A stretch of 64,000 bases of DNA from Octopus sinensis (Eukaryota), in contig NC_043015.1 of the NCBI RefSeq assembly GCF_006345805.1, positions 46,624,001 to 46,688,000 of the forward strand, written 5' to 3'. Positions 26,126-38,359 of the stretch are shown here, one piece after another (the first letter of the stretch is position 1; every line of letters begins with the position of its first letter). The position numbers and the translations under genes were made by a program. A model generated the notes under the pieces. The model was not told the origin of the DNA, made no database searches, and was given only the letters and a program-made list of their open reading frames with translations.

Positions 26126-26657
26126 ATAAAATTTGTGAAATGTATGCTCTTCCACAGAAAGGAACACTGAAAGAAACAAGGAGAGAAAATAAAGAATGTG
26201 TAGTGGCTAGCGATCTATATATATATATTGGCTAGCTCTGATGAGCATAAGGTTATATAATTGGATTGTTACCTAACACTCCATTGTATTCCTTGCACGA
26301 AACTGATTGGTGAGATTAACCATGATGGATAAATAATACGGTACATTTCAGATAATATATGTGTGTGTGTGTGTATATATGATTAGTAACAGGATTCATT
26401 AGAATCTAGGCATATCGGCAAGTAGGACACCAGGGGTGGCTGAGTACATAACTTGATATTGAATGCACACCAAGATAAAATAACCTTTAATTGTCAGTTG
26501 CTGATAGTACACTATATGTGTACACACACACATATATACACATAGGTACTAAATATCCAACCTAAACCATAGCGCTGACACATGGTAGGTTCCATGTGCA
26601 GTATATATATGAAGAATAAGACAATTGATATATAATACATATACATACACATATATG

Positions 26658-26726
<69 letters not shown>

Positions 26727-26738
26727 CTTCATGTTTCA

Positions 26739-26819
26739 GGCTCTGATGATGTTGTAAGGTGTTACTTAGTTACTCAACTATGAGTCCACCATGTCTTACA
26801 GTGGAAACAACTGTAAGCT
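26739..26819 (+). ncRNA. type I hammerhead-ribozyme-like motif B
   Basis: GGCT-CTGATGA-TGTTGTAAG-[loop]-CTTACAGTG-GAAAC-AACT-GTA-AGCT: 4-bp stem I, 9-bp stem II (3 G-U pairs), 2-bp stem III, GUA site. Confidence 0.6.
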
Positions 26820-26867
26820 AATGAAGTTCATAAGATAACCGTTTATTCTTTTGTCTTCTCTTTTCTT

Positions 26868-26899
<32 letters not shown>

Positions 26900-27245
26900 T
26901 GAATCCAAAGAAAGAAGAACAAATATGAAAAAACAATAATGCGAGGACGTGGCACAAGTACTGTATGGTCAGGAAAGGAAGGAAAGAGGATTTAATGTTT
27001 TGAGTCTTGCTCTTTTTCAAAGAAGAAGGGAAGACAGGAAGAAAATTGCCAACGATACGCACTCAGTTACATTTTTAAAATATATATATAATATATATAT
27101 ATAATATATATAGATATATAATATATATATATACATATATATATATACATATACATATATATATATACATATATACATATATATATACATATATACATAT
27201 ATACAATATATATATGTATATATATATATAATATATATAATATAT

Positions 27246-27281
<36 letters not shown>

Positions 27282-27357
27282 CATATGTCACACATATTAT
27301 TCGGAGATGTACTTGCATAGCGAGTGACTTGATCTGAATTGTGTGCTGGAATGAAAA

Positions 27358-27623
27358 CAATTGCTGCGTAGAAGGTGTGTTATAAGCCATTTAAGAACAC
27401 ACAAAAACCGTTAGATTCACTTCAACATTTAAATTTAATTTGTCAAAATATTTTCGTCGGCTTTGAGACCGCGACCTGTTCAGTGACAAAACTTCATGCT
27501 GTCACTGAACAGGTCGCGGTCTCAAAGCGACGAAAATTTTGACAAATTAAATTTAAATGTTGAAGTGAATCCAACGTTGTGTGTGTTTCTTAAATGGCTT
27601 ATAAACACCTTCCACGCTGCAAT

Positions 27624-27625
<2 letters not shown>
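27358..27625. repeat. ~270-bp palindrome (arms ~130 bp, 11-nt loop)
   Basis: 27358-27488 is the near-perfect reverse complement of 27500-27625. Confidence 0.95.
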
Positions 27626-27661
<36 letters not shown>

Positions 27662-27852
27662 TATATATATATATATATGATTATATATATATATATATAT
27701 TATGTATGTATATTATATATATAAATAATATACACACACACACATGCACACACACACACACACACATATATATATACACATATGTATATACATACATATA
27801 TGTATACATATATATATATATATATAAATACATACACACACATATATATATA

Positions 27853-27990
27853 TCATCATCATTTAGCGTCCGTTTTCCATGCTAGCATGGGTTGGACGGT
27901 TCAACTGGGGTCTGTGAAGCCAGAAGGCCGCATCAGGCCCAGTCAGATCTGGCAGTGTTTCTACGGCTGGATGCCCTTCCTAACGCCATG
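27853..27990 (-). mobile_element. RTE 3'-UTR-only copy
   Basis: (CAT)n then TTTAGCGTCCGTTTTCCATGCTAGCATGGG. Confidence 0.8.
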
Positions 27991-28436
27991 CCCTGTCTAA
28001 CGCCATATATATATATGTGTGTGTGTGTGTGTATGTAGATTTAACTGTAACTGAAAACTTCTGGAATTGTTGCTCCAAGTTTCTGGTTTCTGATCTCTGG
28101 ACAGGACTAAAACTGGAAATGAGAAGCTTAGAGTAACAATTCCTAAAGTTTTGAAATTCTATTGAAATTACATCTGTGTGTGTGTGTGTGTAGTTTATTA
28201 TGTTATGTACTATATATTTTAGATTATGTATGTACTATATATATATACAAATGTTTATGTATGTATGTGTGTGTGTATGTATATATACACACACACACAC
28301 ATATATATATACACACATATATATATATATACACATACATACACACACACATATAGATACACAGGTAGACATGCTGATAGATAGATAGATAGCTAGACAG
28401 ACAGACAAATAAGTAATGCATATTGGATTAACTCAC

Positions 28437-28596
28437 CTGCTTTCGGATAGGTAACTATGAAAACATCGTCATCACGCACATTGAAATCCTTGACTCGATC
28501 AAGTACCTCAGGTGGGCTGTATTCAAAGAACAACACCCCTTCATAAACATGCTCCCCGGGTAATTTGTGAGTGAAAGATCCTGCTTTGCTGGTCAT
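28437..28596 (-). CDS. cytosolic sulfotransferase (SULT family), first coding exon
   Basis: MTSKAGSFTHKLPGEHVYEGVLFFEYSPPEVLDRVKDFNVRDDDVFIVTYPKA(G) carries the PAPS-binding loop DDVFIVTYPK[S/A]G. A GCAG|GTGAGT donor interrupts the Gly in phase 1, as I recall for vertebrate SULT1 genes. Confidence 0.92.
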
Positions 28597-29079
28597 CTTA
28601 AAACAGTTGGATTAAGGAAGACACACACGAGTCTCTTTATGTGCTTAAGTTTAGAAAGCTATTCAAATTATTACACGCAACGCATACAATGATATGCAAC
28701 AAGCAAGAATATTTCTAGTAAATTACTTTACTGTTGTTTTTGTTATTGTTGATATTGTTATGTGTGTGAGTTGTTGTTATTTTATGTTTGTGGGGTGTTT
28801 TTTTTGTTCTTTCAATTATCTGTCAACTGAGTTGGAGGTAAGGCAATATCTTCCCCTGCGTTCGACTTTCGCGACCAGTATAGATCTGTAGGATGGAGTG
28901 AAATCGATTGGTATTTTGCTGGTGAGACTTGCGTGTGCATGTGTATGTGTAAATGCGTGTTTCTGCGAGTGCGCGTGTACAAGAGAGAGAGAGAGAGAGA
29001 GTGGGAGAGAGAGAGAGAAAGAAATAGACAGAGAGAGACAGGTAGACAGAAAGAAAGAAAGGGAGCAATTGTGTATGGT

Positions 29080-29750
29080 GTTTATGTATATATGTGTATC
29101 ATCATCATCATCATGTATATATATATTTATATATATATTTATATATGTGTGCGTATGTGTGTGTATGTGTATATGTGTGTATGTATGTGTGTGTATGTAT
29201 ATGTGTGTATATATATATGTTTATATGTTTATATATATATATGTATATATATATATATTTATATATGTGTGTGTATGTGTATATGTATGTATGTGTGTGT
29301 ATGTATATGTATATATATGTATATGTTTATATGTGTATATATATGTATATATATTTATATATGTGTGTGTATGTGTGTGTGTATGTGTATATGTATGTAT
29401 GTGTGTGTATGTATATGTATATATATGTATATGTTTATATGTGTATATATATGTATATATATTTATATATGTGTGCGTATGTGTGTGTGTATGTGTATAT
29501 GTATGTATGTGTGTGTATGTATATGTATATATATGTATATGTTTATATGTGTATATATATGTATATATATTTATATATGTGTGCGTATGTGTGTGTGTAT
29601 GTGTATATGTGTGTATGTATGTGTGTGCATGTATATGTGTGTATATATATATATATGTATATGTTTATAAGTGTATATATGTATATATATATATATATAT
29701 ATGTATGTTTATATGTGTATATATATATGTATGTATGTATGTGTATGTTT
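29080..29750. repeat. (TA)n/(TG)n tract with ~108-bp higher-order unit
   Basis: A 36-codon unit recurs about 3-4 times in the ORF-track translations. Confidence 0.9.
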
Positions 29751-29819
29751 TGTCCTTGTTAGCTGTGACTATTTTGACAAGTGATTCAGGTATAAATGCT
29801 ATAGTTGATTTATTACAAT

Positions 29820-30643
29820 GATGATGGTGGAGGCGGTGGTGATTGTGGTGGTGGCTGACGGTGGAGGTGGTAGTGGCGCCTGATGGCAGTGGCAGAGGTT
29901 TAGGGCGGGGGAGGGGCAGGTTTACAATAGCAATGGTAATGATGGTATCAGTGGTAGCGGTGGATGTACTACTGCTGTCGGTGTTCGTTTTGCTGCTGCT
30001 GTAAAAAAAAAAAAGAGAGAGAAAAACTGCAAATACCGCTGTTGCTGGAGAGGGTGCTTGTAATGGAGGTGGTGGTGGATGTTGTAATTGTTGTTGTTGT
30101 TGTTGTTGTTGCTGTTGTTGTTGTTACTGGTGGTGGTGGTGGTGGTGGTGGTACTATCAATTCTGTTTGACAAAGAAGTTGGAAATGATGATGACGACGA
30201 TGAAGAAAAAGAAGAAGAAGAAGAAGAAGAAGAAGAAGAAGAGAAGAAGAAGAAGAAGAAGAAGAAGAAGAAGAAGAAGAAGAAGAAAAAGAAGAAGAAG
30301 AAGGTGATGGTGATGGTGATGATGATGATGATGATGTTGGTGATGATGCTGATGCTGAATGAGGTGGTGGTGATGGTGTGTGTGTGCCATCAATTCTATT
30401 TGACAGAAAGAAGCTGGAAATGATGATGATGATGATGAGGAGGAGGAGGAGGAGGAGTGGTGGGAGAGGAAGTTGATAAAGAAGAAGATGAAGAAGAAAA
30501 TTATGATGATTGTGATGATGATGAGGATGACGATGATTGTGATGATGATGATGAGAAGGCGGAGGAGGGGTAGAGGAGGAAGTTGATAAAGAAGAAGAAA
30601 AATGATGATGATTGTGATGATGATGATGATTGTGATGATGATG

Positions 30644-30675
<32 letters not shown>

Positions 30676-30700
30676 GGTGATGAACAACAGCGGTGTTAAT
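29820..30700. repeat. compound trinucleotide tract (GGT, GTT, GAA, GAT, GAG)
   Basis: Directly visible. Confidence 0.95.
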
Positions 30701-31426
30701 GTTAAAGGTTAAAGTTCTAATAGCAGAAGAGCCGGAGGAATAGTGTTGTGTTACGTGACTGAGGTGGGGAAGAGGAACAGGTGAACAGGTGGATATGGGG
30801 TGAAGGCTGTCCTATAACCTGGAAAGAATGATGTGACTCGCTTATTCCTTCTACCTGCATCAATATGAGAACTTTGACTTGCTAGAAGTAGCATACAAAT
30901 TTACCTCAAATCACACACACACATACACACACACACACACGACCTAAAGGTCTTAACTAAGAGTATCTTAAATAAAATGGTCCTAAAGATGTATTTTTAG
31001 CCCCGGGCCGACCAATGCATTGTGAGTGGATTTAGTAGACGGAAACTGAAAGAAGCCTGTCGTATATATGTATATATATATATATAAGTGTGTGTGTATA
31101 TATTTGTGTGTCTGTGTTTGTCCCCCTAGCATTGCTTGACAACCGATGCTGGTGTGTTTACGTCCCTGTCACTTAGCGGTTCAGCAAAAGAGACCGATAG
31201 AATAAGTACTGGGCTTACAAAGAATAAGTCCCGGGGTCGATTTGCTTGACTAAAGGCGGTGCTCCAGCATGGCCACAGTCAAATGACTGAAACAAGCAAA
31301 AGAGTAAAAGAGTATATATAAAAAAAAGAAAGGATAATTTTGGTTGGAAGATCTTTGATTACAGGTCTGATTGATCAGAGTTGGCCTAGGGTTAAACAAC
31401 AGCAACGACGACAACAATAACAAGGG

Positions 31427-31610
31427 TGGAGGCGCAATGGCCCAGTGGTTAGGGCAGCAGATTCACAGTCGTAAGAACGCGGTTTCGATTCCCAGACCGG
31501 GCATTGTGAGTGTTTATTGAGCAAAAGCACCTAAGCTCCACGAGGCTCCAGCAGGGTGGGGGTTGAACCCCGCTGTACTCTTTTACCACAATTTTCTCTC
31601 ACTCTTTCTT
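31427..31610 (+). mobile_element. tRNA-derived SINE family S3, 5' part
   Basis: GGAGGCGCAATGGCCCAGTGGTTAGGGCAGC...GGTTTCGATTCCC; matches 52538-52918. Confidence 0.8.
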
Positions 31611-32855
31611 CCTACTTCTGCCACAAAGCAGACGAACCATGGTGTAACCCACTATGGTATGGTAAACTTTCAGACCCTAGTCTAGATTACGAATCCTATG
31701 TACCCCAGGATGGTTCAGCTCTCCACCCGTTAAAGCCAAGCCCCGTTTATGGAATGAGGATAAGATAACAACGTACGTTCCGCGTGCAACCGCCAGTCTA
31801 TCGTGTGTGGTGGGTGGATCTTCAAGTTGCCACACGCATTCTTAGTAGCTTAGAATAGGCTCGAATTAGAGATTATTCTTTGTGGCTAATGTTTGTGGTC
31901 CTGAGAGAAGAAAAAAGAAGAAGAAGAAGGAGAAGGAGGAGAGGAGGAGGAAGGAGAGGAAGAGGAGAGGAGGAGAAGAAGAAGGAAGATAAGAAGAAGA
32001 AGAAGACGAAGAAGACAAGAACAAGGTTACCCATTCCAGCATGGAATAGTGATGCTAAATGAAGATGGTGACAATGACCACCACCACATATTTATAAAGG
32101 GGAGAGAGAATTGTAGCTGATTACATAGAACCATTATACAGTCAGGAGCTTGAATCATCATCATCATCATCATCGTCGTCATCGTCGTTGTCATTGTCGT
32201 CATCATTGTTGTTATCATCACCATCATCACCAAAACTACCACCACCACCATCATCAACCCCTGGACATTACCTCTGTCTCAAGTCCTAGATCTAATACCT
32301 GGTTTCCATGGTATGTCACTAACTGAAATCTCAATATTCCCCGCTGAACAAGAAATAAATTCTTTGCTGGGTTTTGCATTTATAGCTGAGTGGGCTGGGG
32401 CAATGCGAAATGAAGTGCTTTGCTCAAAAACTTAATGCATTGCCTGGTCCAGGAATTGAAACCGCAATCTTGAAATTGCAAGTACAGCACTCTAACTACT
32501 AGCAGAAGTAGAATGGAAAATGGAAGTTAAAATTAAATGCAGTGCGATCTGAACTCTGAATGTTAAAAAAATGTAATTAATTACAGCAAAATTCTTTAGT
32601 CCTGACATTCTTACCATTTCTCCCCATCACCAGCACTCTATGATATACAATATGGATAATGGTAATAAATGTATTCTTTGACTAGCTCCAAGGCCACAGA
32701 TTGAAATGAAAAGATTTTAATAAATTCAATCAAACCCAGTATTTTATAATTATCATCTTTTTTTATATTCTCAAGAGAAAGAAAATCAGAAACAATGATA
32801 AGGCTGGTCCAATTTTATCACAAGCCATGTATTAATAAAGAGAATGATATTAACA

Positions 32856-33244
32856 TGGCTGTGTGGTAAGTAGCTTGCTTACCAACCACATGGTTCCGGG
32901 TTCATTCCCACTGCGTGGCACCTTGAGCAAGTGTCTTCTACTATAGCCTTGGGCCGATCAAAGCCTTGTGAGTGGATTTGGTAGACAAAAACTGAAAGAA
33001 GCCCATCATATATATATAAATATATATATATATACATATATATTGTTTCTCTCCTGGTTTTTATTCTGTGTCCCTTTCTGTAGAAGAGCATAGGCTCGAA
33101 ATGTAAAAGACTTTTTCTATTCCTGAGCGTTATACTAATACATCTGTTTGTTTTGTAACCACCTGTCTTTGTCTTTTGTTTTATTTGTAAACTCTCCCTA
33201 TATATATATAATATATATTATATATATATATATTATATTATATA

Positions 33245-33285
<41 letters not shown>

Positions 33286-33512
33286 TGTGTTGTGTGTGTT
33301 TATGTGTTTGTGTTTGTCCCCTCAACATCGCTTGACAACTGATGGCAGTGTGTTTATGTCCCCCATAACTTAGTGGTTCAGCAAAAGAGACCGATAGAAT
33401 AAGTACTAGGCTTACAAAGAATAAGTCCTGGGGTCGATTTGCTCGACTAAAGGCAGTGCTCCAGCATGGCCACAGTCAAATGACTGAAACAAGTAAAAGA
33501 GTAAAAGAGTAA
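32856..33512 (+). mobile_element. S2 SINE interrupted by a hammerhead-bearing fragment (33045-33200)
   Basis: 5' half at 32856-33010, 3' half at 33240-33512. Confidence 0.8.
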
Positions 33513-33744
33513 AGAGTAAAGAGTATGCATGACAACAGACAGGATGGTCATAACTAGAACCTATTTGACCAGAGGTCTGCTTGATCAAGGCTGTCGTGGA
33601 ACTAATTAACAACTCCAATTTGAAAGATTGGGTCTGAGGTTATATAGAATCCACACTCCCTGCTATTTATTTCTCTTCTTGTTATCAATAACACGGTCTT
33701 CTACATACTCTGACTCAATATTCCATTGTTTTAAAATGAAGGGT

Positions 33745-34128
33745 ATGCTTGCTTACAAACCACATGTTTCTGGGTTCAGTCTCACTGCATGGCACCTTGG
33801 GCAAGTGTCTTCTACTATAGCCTCGGGCCGACCAAAGCCTTGTGAGTGGATTTGGTAGACGGAAACTGAAAGAAGCCCGTCGTATACATGTATATATATA
33901 TATAAGCGTGTGTGCGTTTGTGTGTCTGTGTTTGTCCCCCTAGCATTGCTTGACAACAGATGCTGGTGTGTTTACATCCCCGTAATGTAGCAGTTCGGCA
34001 AAATAGACCGATAAAATAAGTACCAGGCTTACAAAGAATAAGTCCTGGGGTCGATTTGCTCGACTAAAGGCGGTGCTCCAGCATGGCCACAGTAAAATGA
34101 CTGAAACAAATAAAAGAGTAAAGAGTAA
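33745..34128 (+). mobile_element. S2 SINE
   Basis: Near-complete family match. Confidence 0.85.
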
Positions 34129-35129
34129 GTTAAGAGATATATTTGGTTTGAGCTGACAGAATTGTTAGGGCATCAGAAAAGTACCTTGTGGTATTTCTCC
34201 TAGCGCTTTTGCTCTTTAAGTTCTGAATTCAAAACCTACTGAGGAAAGCTAGCAAAATCATTAGAGCAGTGAAATAACTGCTGTGCAGTAGTTTTTATTA
34301 ATGTTCTGAGTTCAAATCCCACCAGGGTCAACTTTGCCGTTCAGTGGTTGATAAAACGGAGTGTCAGTCTAGTACTGGGCTTGATGGTATTACACAGTCC
34401 CATTCCTCCAAATCCTTGGCCTTGTGCCCAAATCAGAAGCAATTTTTAGCAAGCATGGCTGTGTGGTAAGAAGTTTTCTTCCCAACCACATGGTTTGAAG
34501 TTCAGTCCCACCGCATGGTACCTTGGGCAAGTGTCTTCTAATATAGCCTCAGGCCTACCAAAGCCTTGTAAGTGGATTTGGTAGATGGAAACTGAAAGAA
34601 GCCCATCATGTATATATATACCCATTGATGCCTTTGTGTCTGTCTCCCATCACTGCTTCACAACCAGTGTTGGTGTGTTCATGTCCTTGTAATTTAGCAC
34701 TTCTCCTTCTTCTTCTTCTTCTTCTCCTCCTTCTTCTTCTCTTTCTTCTCCTCTTCTTCCTTCTTCTTCTTTTCTCTTCTTCTCTGCTCTTCTCCTTTTC
34801 CTCTCTTTCCCTTCCTCCTCCTCTTCTTCTTCCACCTCCTCCTCATCCTTCTTCATCTTCTCCTTCTCCTCCTCATCCTTCTTCTGCCCCTCTCCTCCTC
34901 CTTCTTTAAAAACAATTAGTGCTGGGGTGGATTCATTTATCTAAAATTCTTCAAGGCGGTGCCCCAGCATGGCCACAGTCTAATGAACGAAACTAGTAAA
35001 AGATAAAAGGATAAAAAAAAAAAGAAAACGATCCAATATCAGCATACAGGTTCTTTTGTTGGTTCTCTCAGAAAGAAATTATTACATACAGCATAAGGGA
35101 CAGAGGAAGAGGAGTTTGCTTCTCATAGA

Positions 35130-35554
35130 AGAATGTGTGTAATGTGTGCTTGCGTGTGTGTACATGTGTGTGCGTGTGTGTGTGTGTGTGTAATGTGTGT
35201 GTGTGTGTAATGTGTGTGCGTGTGTATGCATGCGTGTGTGTGTGTGTAATGTGTGTGAGTGTGTGTGTGTGAGTGTGTGTGTGTGTGAGTGTGTGTGTGC
35301 ACGTGTGTGTGTGTGTGTATGTGTAATGTGTTTGCGTGTGTGTGTAATGTGTGTGCGTGCGTGTGTGTGTGTGTGCGTGTGTGTGTGCGTGCGTGTGTGT
35401 GTGCGTGCGTGTGTGTGTGTGTGCATGTGTGTGTGTAATGTGTGTGCATGTGTAATGTGTGTGCATGTGTATGTGTGTGTAATGTGTGTGTGTGCGTGTG
35501 TGTGTGTAATGTGTGTGTGTGCATGTGTGTGTGTGTAATGTGTGTGTGTGTGTG

Positions 35555-35592
<38 letters not shown>
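35130..35592. repeat. (TG)n tract punctuated by TAAT
   Basis: Directly visible. Confidence 0.95.
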
Positions 35593-35593
<1 letters not shown>

Positions 35594-35759
35594 TTTTCTG
35601 GACAGCTATTAAAGATTCCAATCCTAATTAATTGCATCCATTACTGAAAACCCACCTGCTTTATCAGATATAATATAAGTCTTGCAGCTACAAGAAAGAA
35701 ACTTGATCTTATTCATCAATTTAGTTTTTATATTATCATCATTACTGTTTGATGAAGGT

Positions 35760-35921
35760 GCAGGCGTGACTGTCTGGTAAGAAGTTTGCTTCCCAACCAC
35801 ATGGTTCCAGGTTCAGTCCCACTGCATGGCACCCAGAGCAAGTGTCTTCTACTATGGCCTGAGGCCAACCAAAGCCTTGAGTGGATTTGGTAGATGGAAA
35901 CTGAAAGAAGCTCACCATGTG

Positions 35922-35957
<36 letters not shown>

Positions 35958-36300
35958 GTGTGTGTATGTGTGTGTGTGTTCGTGTGGTGTGTGTGTGTGT
36001 TTGTGTGTGTGTTTGTGAGTTTGTGTGTGTGTTTGTGAGTTTGTGTGTGTGTGTGTGTGTGTGGCTGTGCGTTTGTGTGTGTGTGTGTGTGTTTTCATGT
36101 GTGCATTTGTCCCCCACCACCACTTGACAACCAGTGTTGGTGTATTTACATCCCTGTAACTTAGCAGTTTGGAAAATAAGTACAAAGCTTTAAAAATAAG
36201 TACTGTGTGGGGGGTGGGGGAGTCTATTCATTCAACTAAAAAAAATTCCTCAAAGTGTAGCTCCAGCATGGCCACAGTCTAATGACCGAAACAAGTAAAA
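35760..36300 (+). mobile_element. S2 SINE with expanded internal (TG)n
   Basis: Head, CORE-like body and tail recognisable. Confidence 0.8.
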
Positions 36301-36702
36301 GACTTATCAGCCAATATATTTTTTTATTACCTGCATTTTTATCATGTCCTTTGTTCATCCAATTTCAATCGCATTTACTCGATATTAAAAACAATTCTTT
36401 TTTAATAAGATACTCAAAGAAACAGTTTTTAGACTGGATTTTAGATTTTCTGTTGTATATTTTTATCTTTTATGTTTTTTCTTATTTTCCTATTATTTGC
36501 TCTCTTCATTTTAATTCCAATTTGTAGCAAAAGTATGTGTCTTTAGTTGTTTTCTTTTACTTCTTAATTTATTTTAATCTTAAATTCTTTTCCTCCTTTC
36601 CTTAGATTCTTATTATTTATTGCTCTCTTGGTTCCCCATATGTTTATATGTTTTTATAAACTATTCATCACTCGCTTCCTTTCCTCTCTCCTTCCTTTCT
36701 CC

Positions 36703-36762
<60 letters not shown>

Positions 36763-36892
36763 ATATATATATTATGTGGTGAGGCTTCAACAAACACCCA
36801 ATCAGCTAAGAGACTAAACATAATGTTATATTATGGTTTTTATTATAACATTATATACATACATACATTATATATATATATATATATATAAT

Positions 36893-36964
<72 letters not shown>

Positions 36965-36979
36965 CTGTATGTATGTATG

Positions 36980-37035
<56 letters not shown>

Positions 37036-37205
37036 CATATATATATATATACATACATACATACTACATACATATATATATCACATACATATATATATAT
37101 ACACATATATATATATATATATATATACACATGCATATATATACATACATATATAATGTGCATATATATATGTGATATATGTATATATATATGTGTGGGT
37201 ATATA

Positions 37206-37254
<49 letters not shown>

Positions 37255-37261
<7 letters not shown>

Positions 37262-38345
37262 TGATCAATAAGTATCCAGACTGTTGCCATAGTAACAAAG
37301 CTAAAGCACACAGAGTTAAGCTGCTTGACACAGATTGACCTTGAACTCTGCTGTACATGCACACTAAGTTCTAACATTCTAGATTACTTCTGCTGTGTAC
37401 AGCAGTGCTTGGAAGGAAGGTGTGTAGCATGTGGTCATTGCATTGACCATGATAGAGAAAGTTGTCATGGCGATACCTGCTCAGAAGCCTACACAAAGTT
37501 GCAGAAAGCGTATGGAGAGGAGTGTACACATGTTTTCAAGTGGTTCAGACAATTCCAAGATGGCCAAAAAAATGTTAACAATTGCAGCGTTAGATTCACT
37601 GCAACATTTAAATTTAATTTGCCAAAATGTTTTCGTCACTTTGAGACTGTGACCTGTTCACTGACAAAATTCCGTGCTGCATCTCAAAATTTTGCTGAAA
37701 GCTTGGCAATGCCTGCTCGGAGGCCTATGCAAAGTTTTCAAAAAGTTTTCATTTTTCTTGATACAAGATCTTGTGTAACTGAAACCCGATTGTCTTTTTG
37801 GTCAGCTGAAAGCAGTTTTGGCACAAACTTGGCAGACATGCATCTCATACCCAAATCTTCAGTGATAATGGACTGAACTGAACCATAATTTATTTGCACA
37901 TCCTCTGATAACTCACAGATGATGATTCAACGATTTTCCTCACAGTTGCATGCACATCTGTGATGTTTTCTTAGTTCTGCTGGCTGCATGTCTCCCAGAA
38001 CGTTCATCAATATCAAGACTTTTTGGGCCATCTTGGAATTATCTGAACCACTCGTACACTTGTGTGCGACTCATACATCTTCTCCATACACCTTCTGCAA
38101 CTTTGTGTAGGCCTCTGAGCAGGTATTGTCGAGACAACTTTTCTTTGATAGTCAATGTGATGATCACCCGTTACACACATTACTTCCAAGCACTGCAGTA
38201 GACAGCAGAAGTGAGCTAAAATGTTAAGACTTAGTACGTGTGCATAGCAGAGTTCAAGGTCAACCTGTGCCAAGTGGCTTTACTCTGCATGCTTTAGCAT
38301 TGTTACTATGCCAACAGTCCGGATACCTATTGATCAGACCTTGTA
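37255..38345. mobile_element. two mariner 5' halves in inverted orientation
   Basis: Left 37255-37572 (+) and right ~37690-38345 (-) both start with TGATCAATA(A/G)GTATCC(A/G)GACTGTTG and encode mariner N-terminal residues (EAYTKLQKAYGEE, FVPKLLSADQK). Confidence 0.85.
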
Positions 38346-38359
38346 TATATATATCACCA

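Noticed and set aside
31760-31850. Possible HDV-like ribozyme (ACG-TTCCG-CGT hairpin)
   Set aside because: No matching P1/P1.1 partners or J4/2 on either strand.
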